A DNA stretch of 56,583 bases, filler included, from Catajapyx aquilonaris (Eukaryota), in the NCBI GenBank assembly GCA_000934665.2. It is 2 parts of 2 records of this genome, joined end to end, with 100 filler letters (N's around TTAATTAATTAA, not from the genome) between each part and the next. Parts side by side here need not be neighbours in the genome. Positions count along the whole stretch, not along the records: positions 1 to 28,279 come from JYFJ02004953.1; positions 28,380 to 56,583 come from JYFJ02004954.1. One strand, 5' to 3'. The notes under the pieces are model-generated. The model did not search any database and had not been told where the DNA came from. It saw nothing but the letters and a program-made list of their open reading frames with translations. Shown in pieces: positions 27,687-41,016 of this stretch (positions are counted from its first letter, which is position 1; each line of letters starts with the position of its first letter). Made by a program: the position numbers and the translations under genes.

Positions 27687-27804
27687 TGTTATGTCCGGAT
27701 ACCGAGGAACTGCTGAATGATACACTACGCCATCTTTGCTACTCACTTTATTTCTTTTGTTTTACTCCGAGAGGTGCTGCCACCTGTCTGTATAATGCCT
27801 AACA
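27687..27804 (-). repeat. 5' LTR (118 bp)
   Basis: TGTTATGTCC...GCCTAACA with TGTTA/TAACA terminal inverted repeat. Confidence 0.95.
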
Positions 27805-28279
27805 ATTACCTTCAAGCGTCTTCGGGCCAAGGCCCGGTATGTCCGACGGAAGAGTCAGCGGGAGTCATTCCGGGCCTTCGTGTCTGGGATTAGCTCCACG
27901 ACTGACTCTCGGACTGTCTGGGCCAAAGTCCGCAAGCTCCAGGGCAATTATACCTCTCATGCGGTTCCCATTCTCGGGTCAGGCAATGGTCTTGCGACCA
28001 CCCTGCCAGAGATAGTGGACACGCTCGCCTCCACATTCGCCACGCACTCCAGTGTGGCCAACTACTCTCCATCTTTCCGGGCCATCAAGGTGGCTGCGGA
28101 GCGTCGCCCGTTGTCCTTTGCTGGGACTAGACGGGAGGAGGCGTACAACAGTCCTCTGACCATGCTGGAGTTGCGTCGGGCCCTCAGTGCCTCTGGAAAC
28201 ACGGCCGTTGGGCCCGACGACGTCCACTACTCTTTCTTGCGCCACCTGTCGGAGCACTCCCTCCGGCAGCTGCTGGCGC
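27805..28279 (+). mobile_element. Non-LTR retrotransposon ORF2 fragment (I/Nimb-like, EN-RT linker), cut by assembly gap
   Basis: Translates FKRLRAKARYVRRKSQRESF...VWAKVRKL...YNSPLTMLELRRAL...TAVGPDDVHYSFLRHL, the conserved pre-RT region of I-group ORF2. Confidence 0.8.
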
Positions 28280-28379
28280 NNNNNNNNNNNNNNNNNNNNN
28301 NNNNNNNNNNNNNNNNNNNNNNNTTAATTAATTAANNNNNNNNNNNNNNNNNNNNNNNNNNNNNNNNNNNNNNNNNNNN
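28280..28379. other. Artificial scaffold gap linker (N44-TTAATTAATTAA-N44)
   Basis: Exactly 100 bp, symmetric Ns around an all-frame stop cassette. Confidence 0.9.
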
Positions 28380-28980
28380 CACATACGCTCGGCCTCCTCA
28401 ACACCTCGCCGCTGGGCGCCCTTCCTCGTGATTGGAATCCGCTCCACACCCACCTGCCCTGCCGCAGCCAATCGGGTCTCCAAGTCCGCACGCTCGTTGC
28501 CAACGACCCCGGCGTGTCCCCGCACCCAACACAAACTCACCCTGTCCCGGGCCAGCCTTAGAAGCTCCTGAGCATATCGTACTGTGTCGTCATACGCGCG
28601 GGGATTGCTGATGGCCTGCAGAGCAGACAACGAATCGGATACGACCCACGTGACCTCGCCTTCAGAGGCACGCTCGCCCACAATCTCCAAAGCCCGAACG
28701 ATCATGCGGAGCTCAACATCATAAATTTCCACCGAGCCATGCCTCTCACACAACAGCACCCGATCGTCGCTGTTCATGCCAACCACAGCTCCCCCCGCGT
28801 TCACTCCCCGAGTCAGGGACCCATCCGTGTACAATAGGAGATCCACCCCTACGGGCATCCCCATCCACGTCTCCAGCTCCACCCGGACCCATCCCCAGGG
28901 AGGAACGCTTCCCAACTGCCGATAAGCAGGCGGGGCCACCTCCGGCGACACCAGGAGATCCCTCCGCGCCTCCTACCCCG
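28380..28980 (-). mobile_element. 5'-truncated non-LTR element fragment encoding RNase H (R1/I group)
   Basis: LLYTDGS..., ELRMIVRAL, VSDSLSALQAISNP, WVRGHAGVVGNERAD; similar to the RNase H of the elements at 41-54 kb. Left end lost in the gap; right boundary approximate. Confidence 0.85.
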
Positions 28981-30829
28981 GTGTACTGGTATGAGTTATC
29001 CAAGTTATCGCACTTTTTGGAAAAATTCAACATGCGGCCGTTTATTCAAAATAGGGGTGTTCCCCGTGGAGGATCATTTTGTTTTGGATTTTTGGGGGAG
29101 TACAGAGGGCTCATATTAGAAAAGTACCTGCAGTTTTCATACTTCATTCCAAACGACTTCGTCATACTACTGATAAGAACGATTTTACACATCCCTTGCC
29201 TGTACATTGTACAATGTGTCGAGAGAGGCTGGCACCTAGATGGTGCAGGTTTCTCACTAGGTAGCGATTTGCCTTGGTTCTCTCTTGTGTGCATTGTTTG
29301 CCTACGTATGTACATTGCTGTATGTCTAATTGTGAAAGCAGTGGTAATGCTTCATGTGGGGTTGAAAAAGATCGTGCAACGTATACGTACAATCGCCAGC
29401 AGGCATCATTTCATCTTCTTGTAGTCGTCGCAGTGAGTGGTCCATTCTTGGAGAAGCGGCACTGCATCGGCAGTGGGACATCGTTGTCCACCACTTAGGT
29501 GGACCACGTCTTTAGATGAGCTAGGCATTCTTTCTCAATGAAGTGTCGTGGCCTCTCGTGGCCCAGGCTGAAACACAACTATACCCGCCAGACACGTGGG
29601 AATATATTACTCCCAGTGGAACGGGAGTATGGGGGCAACGTTACGTTATAAAGTTCATGATGGGAAGAAATTTGTACCGAAATAAGGCAGTGCCATTTGT
29701 ATCTCTCTTCACCTTCGTCCTTAGCAGATGTGCAGGCTCTATCTGCTGCAGGACACTTGGAGAATATGCTGGTTTATACGTTCATGTCCAGACATGTCAT
29801 TCTCTCCCTCCTCCTTTTCTTCATGTGAAAGTCCTCCTTAAAGTCAATATCTTAAGTGTGTAATATACGTATGGAATTATTCAAATTCCATAAATTCGGT
29901 ATTAATTGAGTAGGATTCTTACGTTATGTTCGAATAACTGTAGTTGCTGCTGTAATCATTGTTCAGGAGCCACAGGCGACACACCTATATTTATGAAGGA
30001 ACGTCTTCAAATAACGTGTAATGGCTTACATTTTACCTGTACTGCTGTACCTGATGATCCTCCGATGGACTTTCCTGGAGGGAAGAAACTGCTCTTCTTG
30101 ATGAATCCAGCATAAGGACTGATGTCGTGCTAGATTAATAATATCTCCCAAATTGATGGGCACGAGAACCGTATAAATACGATTCTTTTTGTTGGGCATT
30201 TCACCCTAACACAAGCAAAGATATGCAATGAGCAATTGTCCAATGCTCCGGTCAACTCTGGGAAATCCATTTTACTTACTCGTAGAGGAATAATGTCTGA
30301 TTTAAGTATGACGGCCACTGTTGCCAGTCGGGATCACTTACGATCTTACAAGTGCAAGGTGACCACAACATGTCACTCTGTCCCTGTAAAAATTAGGTTA
30401 ATCGGGTACTTTAGTATAATATATGGCTCCTTAGAACTCATTTAATGGGAGTAACGGCGAGTGGTCTGGTACCAGATTTACTTAATTATGCATCTGCCGT
30501 CTGTGCTTGGAATATCAGGTTTTATCATCCCTCAGGTGTCCACGCTGGAGCTGGAATTATTTCCCCCCAGGTAAATTTGGGTTCAAGGCAGGTGTAATTT
30601 GTAGCCGATGCGGTTTGGATCCGCTATCAGCTTATGCCTCACATCTTGCTACATATCTCTGAACTTTTTGTATGTGTGATAGCAAGATAATAGATATAAA
30701 TTCCCAGTGATTTACTGTATTCTGCATAATTTTTACATCCTTGTGTATCTGCAGGAATCATTTACACTCATGGATAGTCTCGACTCACCGAGCACCGGAG
30801 TCAGTAGTGTAATTTCGTCACTGGCAACA

Positions 30830-33800
30830 CAGATGCAATGCATCCCGTTACACTATTTATGCAGCATTAAAATGTGAACAGTGCTTGTCTCTAGAAAATC
30901 TGCTGTTTACCATTTCAAGTATACTGCATCATTAAATCAGTGGTTGTGTAGGATAAGTTGCATGTCACTTTCCTGCCCTATAGAAAGCGAAAACCTCGCT
31001 GCCTTATGTTGCCAGAAATGTGCAATTATGCATTTTGTTATTATTGCTTGTTAATCCATTATGACTCCTCAGCCACAGACACACTATCCGTAAGTTAACC
31101 TCGTATTTTGAGGTTAAAGATATAATTGCTGTAAGTAAAACAGAATGAAATTAAAATTTGGAATTTTTTTATGGGTGCAAATTCTAAATCGACGCATGGA
31201 AGCTATTACCTGTAATTACTATCATTGGATATCAAGTGATGTAATTTCAAGTGCAAGTGTACTTGTGCGGAAATTAAGGTTTATGCCATTTAATAGGGCC
31301 GTTCCCAACATCATTACAAACACTTCGAATTCTTGGAAGGCATAGGCCTACTCTAGTGAAAGACTTGTTTGCAGTTCCCGTTCGCATGTTTGATCGACAT
31401 TGTTGTTGCCCTTGATCTTTTACTCTGGAAGATATGTCATGGATGTTTGTCTTGTCCCAGTTCGGTGATGGGTGATAGGCCCCAGCGCAGCGGATATGGC
31501 GGGGGCGTAATGATACGACTTGGACCTGTGGAAGTCTAGTCTTGTGTATAGGTTAACTTTTTGTGGTTTTGAGCATCTTCTGGCGTGGTGCTGCTGACTG
31601 TAATGGTTATGATGATGGTCGAACGGTTCCATCCTAATCTTTGTCTCATGTATTCTTATGTATTGTCCTATGTGGGGGCCCGGGGTTTAAGGACCTACAT
31701 GGTCAGGAATAACCCCGTTAATATCTGACTAAGGTTCCATCCTGACGCTGCCCGCTCTTCGTTGGAATATGCTTCCAACAGGTCTTCATAAAATCTGAGC
31801 CTCTGGGACATCTTCGGAGGTGTTCACCGTAGTTGATATGGCGAATACGCAGGTTCAGACTCCTCTTCGTCGGAAGATATCTTTACAAAGCTTTGCCTAA
31901 CTTGGTTTCATCTTCCATCGGAAATAATTTGACTGGTGTTTAGCACAATGTTCTCATTCATTGATTTTTGTGTACCAAATATTGTATAAATGATAGGCTG
32001 TGTGGTAAGCTGACATGTCATTGAGGATCAATGTAACTCTGGACACTTGGGGAAGTCCTCTTGTGTAAGGGCAATAGCCTAGCAGGGGTAAATAAATAAT
32101 AATAATAAAGTAATAAAGGTCCGTGACATATAACTCTGAAGGAGGTCGTGCACTTATATCGGGATTATTCACCTGTACAAACGTTCGTGGTACTCTCTGT
32201 AGCAATTTCTTGCGGAGGACAAACATAAAGACACCCCGCACGTTGTGCATCTGTATCCCCCGTCATAATTGTGGGTAGTGTCTACTCACAGAATATTCTG
32301 TCGTCGAAGTGAGTGGTGCATCGGCACAGGAACCAGAAACACTGTCCAAACAGATCCAATGCATGTCGTTACACTCTATGCTATATTAGTGTGTGAAACA
32401 GCGTTTGTCTCTAGAAAATCTGCTGTTTACCATTTTAAGCGTACTTAATTCGCAGGCTGTATAGGATCAATATAAATGTCCCAGTCCTGTCCTACAGAAA
32501 GCGAAAATATTGCCAGCCACCGACATTTTATGATCATCAGCACTTGTGAATGCATTATGACTCTGCAGCCAAACAGATGATCCATAATAAGCTAACCGTC
32601 AATTTTCAGGTTAAGTCTATAATACTTATATTGCTGTAAGTTAAAACATACGTAGAATTAAATAAAAACTTGATATAAGTTTACTTTTATGGGTGCGCCG
32701 AATAGCATGCTGTTGGTGTGGGTAATTTCCAACGTATACTCCAAGTGCTTTTCGTCAAGTGGTGACATGAACCACTCGACCCATGGACTCTATTACGTAC
32801 ATGTAATATTGTGTTATGTCACTAGAAGTCAATTGAGGCGCTCAGAGGCATCCTTATCAATGACAGACACAAAAAGTTTGATCGTCGTCGTGTATAGATG
32901 CAACACCTGAGGCGGCACGTGCATGCCAGCTTTCTCTAAGGTGGACAGTACCCCGTTGAAGTGCCTCCGGCGCGTCTCAAGATCAGAAGTTGTGCCATGC
33001 CTTTGTGAGGTTACTAAAATGTAACGCGTAATGCCATTGCCAAGTGAGAAATTACGATTGTTTTCTTGCAACAATGAAACTTTTGTTGGCAGTAGTTGCT
33101 GCTGGCATAAAATGCTCCTGAAGTTTTCTGATATTGTCAAATGTATTACAGTTACTTAATTGTTACTTATGTGCGACAGTGTTACTGATTCAGCTGAGCG
33201 GAAAATATAGGATATCGGAGACCAAATATAGCATGTCGTTGATGATCAGATCATTTGAAAAGTATTCTCCCAAGTGCTGTTCATCCTCCTGATCCGCTCC
33301 ACCCATGGAATATATTATCCATGTCCGTCTGTAATGTCACTAGAGAGGAATTTATATAATTTCAAGCGTGAGTGTACTTGTGCTGAAATTAACATTATTT
33401 TATGTCATTTAATAGGCCCATTCATGATATTATTATAACCATGTTTAATTCTTGTAATGCATACTTTAGTGAGAGACTTGCAGTGGTGTTTGCAGTTCCC
33501 GTTCGGATGTTTCATAATATGCTGAAGAGCAAGCAGGTGCAGACTCTTCTTTGTCGGAAGATGTGTTTCCAAACATTTACCTTCTAGTAGTGCTTCCCAG
33601 ATTTTGTTTACTGTACCGTAAATAAATAGTATGTTTATTCCTTACATGTTACCACCATCATAAAATCCAAATGGATGACACCGCTGTCTTAGGTTGTACG
33701 CATGGGAAGGTAGAGGATGTGGAGACTGATAAAGAGCAGGTGTTCTCTTCTCTCATGTGTGTTTCTCCATCTTCTCACCCACCGTTAGTAGTTTCATGCC

Positions 33801-36800
33801 TCATGAGAGAGTTAGTTTGATTATTACTTTGGGCATTGTGTTCTGCCCATGTATTTTCTGGCAAATAATGATCCGCGTTACGGACTTATTCAATGGTGCA
33901 TTCTTGGAAGTTGCATTCCAGCGGCATTGGGACATGTTGTCCACGCAGGTACTATATCGCCCAAAAAGATAGAGACGATTTTGCATTTGACTCAAGTGCA
34001 ACTTGCACTTGAATCAAAAACCAATCGTCTCTATCTTTTTGAGCGATATAGTACATGAGCTCACATCAGTACATGAGCTGGACCTTCGCCTCGTCTTCGT
34101 CCAGAGCCGTGGCCCTGCCATACAACTGATTGCGAGACACGTCGTGGCAGGTCTTCTGATATATGTCTTTGCTGGGGTTCTCATCCACTGCCTGCATACT
34201 TTTTGGGATAAATGTATGGTTTTATGTTAGTCGTTGTTTATCCAGGGTATGCCCAGGTATGCTTCTGCACCACCATTGCATCCTTATCCATTTGAAGATA
34301 TTGGATTCGTGCCATCCATCTGATACCAAGGAATGATTGAGTCATGCTTCCATTTCTTTATTTGCAAGTATTAGTTTCACATTCAGCCGATACGAATTAT
34401 TATATTAGTCAGATGGCCATAGTAAATCGGGTACTTATACTAATGTGGATATTGAGATGGGCGGAAATTGCACAGCTATGCTGTTGTATGAATTGCAGTC
34501 AATGGTATGAAAGGCAGAGGACGCTGCATTTTGTCTTTTGTGCTCCGAAATTTCCATCCACCCATCATGTTAACTGTTTCCTCTTACATGTAATATTTTC
34601 TCTGTCGACTGCAGATGAAAGGTTTAAAATATGCCGAGAATTGATGCAAGGCAGTACCAATCTGACGTGCAAGCTGAACTAAGCCAGTTATTTTGATGTA
34701 CAAAGGATTTTACCGTACGGATTCGTTCCATTTTGTCGCTTTTGGTACGGAAAAGACCTTCAATTAATTAATAAACCAAAAATATCGTGATATGTAATTA
34801 ATGATTTTTCAAGTGGCAGGTCTAATTGCTCCGCATTGTGTTGGAAACTCAAAAGAGAGGCGAACATTCGCAGATAAATTTATTTGCATTTTTAGATAAT
34901 AGTTTGAGAGTTTTTACACCTGTTTGAAACTTACAGTGGCATGTTTAGAAGTGAAATGTATGTCTAATTGGAATTTTCGTCCCACTGTTACCTGTTCGAC
35001 GGTTTCACTATTTTGCACCCATGGATATTAGGTACAACTGCAATGATTACTATTATTATCTTTGTCGGAATTTCAATCATGTATGGGCACGATGCACTGT
35101 TGTGGTTATTTAAATGCAGTGATTGGATCTTACATGTCATTTTGTGAAATATTATTGCATACAATAGGCCGGAATCCTTCAATTGTTAGCAGTACATTTG
35201 GACTTGCTGTGTTAGTCGGGGCATTGCTTTCCAATCCTAGCAGAATATTTGCGCGTCGTTTCGAGTTTTAAATGGGACATTTGGAAAAAAATGTTGCGTC
35301 CTATGTGGTCCTAAATATGTCCTGCTTTTTATTTCAGTGTTGGAAGAACGGGTGTCATTACTCTATCTGCTTCTGCCTTAAACAGTCTTGCATTACGAAC
35401 CCAATGACCGTGAATTTTGAGGTTGAGGCTATAAAGTTAAGAAAGAATTAAATAAGAACGTGGTTATCTTTCGTGGGTGCAAAAATATACTAAGTACATT
35501 TCTATTTTACTGCACATTTAAGCTTCGGAAGTACATGTAGAAATTCAGCTGCATTTGTTACAACAATGCCAAAAATGCAAATTATAACTGCAATATTCTT
35601 CTTCCACTTGTACTACTTCCACTTTATCGAGGGCCAAAGTCGTTGGGGCGTTGGTCTAGCCTACGTAAATTCCAACGTAGACTCCCAGTGCTTTTCATCG
35701 GCCTGATCCACTCGATCGGTTGACTCTACTATTATCTGTAATTGTGTCATGTCACTATATGTAATTTCAAGTGTAAATGTACTTGTGACTGGAGAACTCA
35801 AAGCCACACGTGACGCTCCAACATACAACTGTCAGTGAGAGAAGCAGGGCTCGTCCAGTTGCAGCCCAGCCACCTTCAAAGTTTGCCCCCGAGACTTGTT
35901 GATTGACATGGCGAAGCTGAGCCTTACAGGGAATTGGAGCCTCCTGGACTCAAATGGCAAGTCCGTCGGGATGACTGGAATTCTGGGAATGTGGACGTCT
36001 TCTTCCTTGCCACATCCCGAGAGAATTGTAGCCTGGATGACATGGGGCGTAAGAGTTTTGACAGCAAGTCTAGTGCCATTGCAGAGTCGGGGTGGATCCA
36101 TGCTGCGAATGAGCATAATGGGAGTACCCATTTTTAAAGTGAGAGAATGAGGTGGGACTCCAGGAGGTTCTAGTGAATTGAGAAATTCTGTTGGGTAGTG
36201 CACCACCTGGGCCTCGTCTGGGACTGTGTCCACAGACTTGTAGCAGTGGGAAGGACCAGGTAGTTGGTTGAGGAGTTGTGCGTTCATAAGATTGACGGCG
36301 TTGTTTTTCGGAGCTAATATTGCTCTCACACACAACCAACTGTGTCTCTGGTGGTTGAGGTAAAGATTGGGAAAGACCTTAAATTTCAACTCTACGACAG
36401 AGGACACCTTTGTACCGATCAATCCCATGTCAACACATTTCCTAGGGCATCGGATCTAAACTGGCCATTTCCTAATTTCAACAGGTCACGTGCAAATTCC
36501 TCTGAGGAGTAGTCACCAAGCAGATAGGCCCTCATGTTCGTAGAGAGATGGAATTTGATAACATGAGTCCAAAGATACGAAGACTTTAGGCAAGCTTTTA
36601 TCTCATCGGCTCGTGTGCCTCGTGGAACAACAGGCTATGTCTGTCTGAAGTTACTCCGCCCATAATCTTTTTGCATTCCCGGATATCCTGCAGTGACCTG
36701 TCCAGAGCTTCAAAAGCTGCTTTGTGGGACATGGTGCACTCATCCCAAACAATTAACCTGCACTGACTCAAAGGTTGTGCCACTCCGGTACCCTTGCTGA

Positions 36801-39770
36801 TGTTGCATGTTGCATTTTCCTGTGTAGCTAAATTAAGAGGAAGTTTGAATGCTGCATGAGCAGTCCTCCCACCAGGCAAAAGAGTAGATGCTATGCCAGA
36901 AGAGGCAACCGCAAGTGCGATTTGTTGATCCTGACGAACTTTTGCCAACAACAGATTTGTCACAAATGTTTTACCAGTTCCTGCGATAAATATGAATTAA
37001 GATGGTAAGTTTACATCCCAACACATATTATTGCCAAAGGTCAACAATATCAAAAAAATGAATATGAGTATTAACAAGTGACAACACAGTCAGGTACAGG
37101 ATGTGGAGAGTTCCCTTGATCCCTTGAGCTTCTGTCGCTTTTTGCATTTGGACAGGTAGTGCAGCGAGTAATTTGTGGAAATGTGACCGAGATTAGCTGC
37201 TCACATTATTTATTAAAATAGACGCTATTATTTATACGATATTGCATCCACTACAAGCACTTGACCTCAACTTGAATATTGGTCGCGGAGTCGCTTTACA
37301 ATACTTTATTCTACATTATGTGCACACTTCGTAGCCCTATTTCATTCAGACTACTTCTGGCACGCCTTGCCCTTTAAAATACACGTAATGTACAAGAAAA
37401 ATTAATGTCCAACTTTTCGTTCACTCGGGACATATGCTGGGGACAGCTTGTGTGAATTTGAACCATGACAATGGCTGATTATTCGTTGTCTTCAAAGGTT
37501 GGGATGAACTGGAGACAACTAATCGCCTTGTTTTGTGATGCTACCCTTTCTTCATATATATTGTGGTCAATGCGTAACCCGGTTCCGTCCGCGGGTCTTC
37601 TGTTCTTTTTAACTACTGTAGTTGGCAAGCTTAGAAAGTGGTCAGATGAGATGGATGAGGATGTCAGGTTTTGTCCTGCTCCAGGTTTCCAGGCTGGGGA
37701 TGATTTCGTTCCCATGTTAAAGTTGGTTTCAGATAGGTGTCGTGCAGTTGATATGTTTTGGACACGAAAATAAGCTCATGTCGCACAACTTCTTGATATT
37801 CAGTTCCTGAGCAGTTCATTTTTTGTGCTCATTTAAATACTGTACCATATGTTGGATCATTCCTGTATTTTACATGAACGGATGAATACAGATGTCCTTC
37901 AAGTCTTTATATGACATTTGTGATCGTCCCACAAGGAATTCACTTTGATGAACATTACTTACATGAGGAAATTAATGACGACCGGCCTCCCAACACTGTG
38001 GTGATACTGGTGAAGCTCATCTTGAACTGATAACATAATAGATGCATATTTATGCAGACTATGTTCGGAAAACCGGTGCCCCTCGTCACCATCCAATTTA
38101 GCCTAACTAATTTAACTCTTGTCAGGGCGTGAAGGAGAAGGCAGGTTCAGACATTAAGGTGCAAGATAAGAGAAGATTGGAGAAGATTTCAGTCACCTCC
38201 TTACACTTCTGCGCCGTGAGACTGCACGTGAGACAAATGCGCCTCCAAAAAACATGCGCATGTATTGTTTACTAGGTATGTTATAGTGACAACAACGTGT
38301 GGAAATATGGTCCCACAATGATCCGGGCTGTTCCTGGATGGACTTCCGGATTACTACATTATAGCGGAAGTGGGGTGTCGGAGGGAGCCATAATTGGTGT
38401 TTTTGAGGGAGTCGTACAAAAATAGTAAAATTCGAACACTTTTAAACCAAGTGAATCAAGTGTTATTCAATTATCATATTAATAAATTTAATTACGTGAA
38501 GATAATAACTAATCTGTATGCGAATATTTTTCATACGACAGTACGGAAAGAAAGCTGAATTATTGACATATGCATAGGGGTGTTATGTTATAATATTATA
38601 ATTATGTGTGTGTGTAACAACAAGTTGAAAAATTTATTGCGGAATTGCTACGCTACGGGCTTACTTTACAGCCCCTAAAATGCATGAAAGAGGTTCCTGC
38701 TGTCGCTGTTTTTTTAAATATCGTCACTGTGAGGCAAGAGTTCAAAGATCGTACAAGGTCTATCACGTATTTGAAACACTAAATTGTCTTTGCACATTAC
38801 ACCAACTTACATCGTCCATTCGTAAATTATATTTACACCTATGTGAAACATGCATTGGCATGTTTAGAAGTGAAAGTACATTAGTAATTACAGTTAAAAG
38901 ACACCAATGTTCTGTACAACTGGAATGATCATTACGATGATCTTCGTGAGAATCGCAATAGCTTTTGTGGTTATTTAAAAACTGGAACATAATTGGATAT
39001 AACCTGTATTTTTTTGAATTTGCAGACCGATACTCTCGAATTCCTCAAGAGTGAGACGTACATTTGGACTTGCTCTGTTAGTCGGGGCCTTGCTTCCAGT
39101 CTGTCTTGAATTGGGTCCGCTTATGTAGCCCTACTTGGGAAGACCATATTTCACTAGGAGTTAGGACAATAACTCATCAGGTAATAAACTCAACCCTTTC
39201 ATATTCAGGTTACATTCGGAAGGCAAATGTACTATTGTGACTCATTGAAAATACAATTAAGTCGGACAGGGCGCTTGAAGTGTATCGAAACAGCAGGTTT
39301 TTCATGCAATAGCGGAGGAGCATATTCCAACCAGACGCAATAAATTTACATTGCCATTTTGTTTTCCCCAAGTTAAGACATTGGTAATGTGAATATGATG
39401 GTGCACGACTTTTAATTTGAGAGTGCATTTGAGACAGTGGAACTAATAAAGAGTCCATCAGCTATCGAATATTATGACTAGCAGAGTTTCAGGTACCTCG
39501 ACGGGTTACCCCATGTGACTCCCAATAGTTTATATGGGAACAAACGAGGGCACGTGATTTCGCTTAGACCAGGATATACTACAACAAACTGTCAGGAGGG
39601 AAACATTAATTACTTTTACGAAATGAATAACGACCGTCCTAGCAACACTGTGGTGAAGCTCATCTTGAACTAACAACAGACAGAAGAGGTGCACATTTAT
39701 ACAGACTATGATGGGAAGACCGGTGCTCCTTATCACCATCCGATTTAGCCTAACTAATTAACCCTTGCAA
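30830..39770. repeat. Block of old, diverged direct duplications (several hundred bp each)
   Basis: Shared blocks: gtctctagaaaatctgctgtttaccatt (~30887, ~32407); aatttcaag..tgtacttgtg (~31243, ~33359, ~35763); tggcatgtttagaagtgaaa (~34937, ~38856); gtacatttggacttgct (~35192, ~39058); caacactgtggtga..agctcatcttgaact (~37991, ~39643). Confidence 0.75.
35805..36983 (-). pseudogene. Helitron RepHel PIF1-family helicase remnant (frameshifted)
   Basis: AGTGKTF (Walker A), AVASSGIASTLLPGGRTAH, IVWDECTMSHK, AILAPKN, YPTEFLNSL, LCNGTRL, RRLQFPVRLSFAMSINKSRGQTL, FSH*QLYV..SRV; split over several frames with stops. Confidence 0.9.
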
Positions 39771-41016
39771 CGTCTTGCAAACGATGCTGTGGTGTATGCG
39801 ATGGAGAGGGAGGAATAGCGGACAACGGGGAGTATGGTATAAGGATTTCCTTCTTCCAGATTTCATCATAGTCCGACTTAATTTCAATTACGTCAGGGTC
39901 AGGTGACGTGATGATTGGAGTCGTGGTCCTTCTCTTCCTTGCTTTTATTCTCAGGAGGGACCCTCTCTGGAGCGACTTTCTCTGGAAGGTCCTTCTTGTC
40001 TCTCTTGTCCTTCTTGGCCTCTTTGTCGAGGAGGGGATCGAGAACGGGGTTCTTGTTCTGCTCAAATGGCTTATTGAATTTTTTCCGTATCCCCGGCATG
40101 GACGCAGTCCCCTCTTCTGTGGCCGATGTTTTGGTCTTGGTCTTCTTCTTATCTGGATTTTATTCTCCGAAGAGCTCCCTCCATTTTTTATTTATTTTTC
40201 TGTATTTCTGATATAGGTGTTGTAGTGGTGGCACGTAGTGGTGGCACGTGTTGTTCCCACTGTTGTAGCCGATGTTGTGGGTGCTGCTCGCTTTGATCCC
40301 AAGGGTGTTGGATTAGTGCTTTTTCTCACCGTGGGATCGGTGAGTATATGGTGATAATAAGTGATGGAGGCGCGGGGTGGATGTGACTATTGGCTTTTAT
40401 GAACTTCTTTGAGATAGGATTTAGGATGGGGAGTTTATTCTGCCTTTTTGCTATTTTCTGGTGCACCCTGTTTCCCGCCCTGTTCTTCTTAGGCTTCTTT
40501 AGCAGGGATAGACTGGTGGTTGGATAAGGGGGAACGGGATCCATGGTGTATGGGAAGAAATGTGGTGGAGATGCGGGAGTATTTTCCTGCCTCCTTTGGG
40601 TTTTTTTAAAAGGATAGGCTTTGAATAAATTACTTATTTAAGCCGCTTTTTGGATTAGGTGTATGGTTATAGGCTTGAGATGGCTCATCCGCTTAGTTTT
40701 TTTTTTTTTTTTGGCACTCCAAGTTGGAGGAAGAGTTGGTTTATTCTTTATTGGACCTACTGAGGTAGTAGGTTTACATGTGGGTAGGCATGTGCCGCAA
40801 TGTAGTTACTTCCGTGGTCTGAGATTATGTAGATGCAGGGGTTTCTTGGGTTTAGTGATATTCTCTTTTGGGGGTGTAATGAGGGTGGGGGTGGGGTTTG
40901 TGACACAGGGGAGGCGTGGGGTGTGATCTGGTTCTACTGGAAATGTGATGTTGGGTAGTATTTCCTGAGGCGATCTCGGTGAACCAAGAAGACCAGGAAG
41001 GACCAGCGAGACAGGA

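Larger units (their letters stand above)
23242..27804 (-). mobile_element. Ty3/Gypsy LTR retrotransposon, Mag-like, near full length
   Basis: Two 118-bp direct LTRs with TG..CA ends, PBS, PPT, and gag plus pol in PR-RT-RNaseH-IN order. Short LTRs, a tRNA-Ser type PBS and two CCHC knuckles fit the Mag clade. Confidence 0.95.

Noticed and set aside
28324..28335. TTAATTAATTAA palindrome
   Set aside because: Artificial all-frame stop linker inside the scaffold gap.
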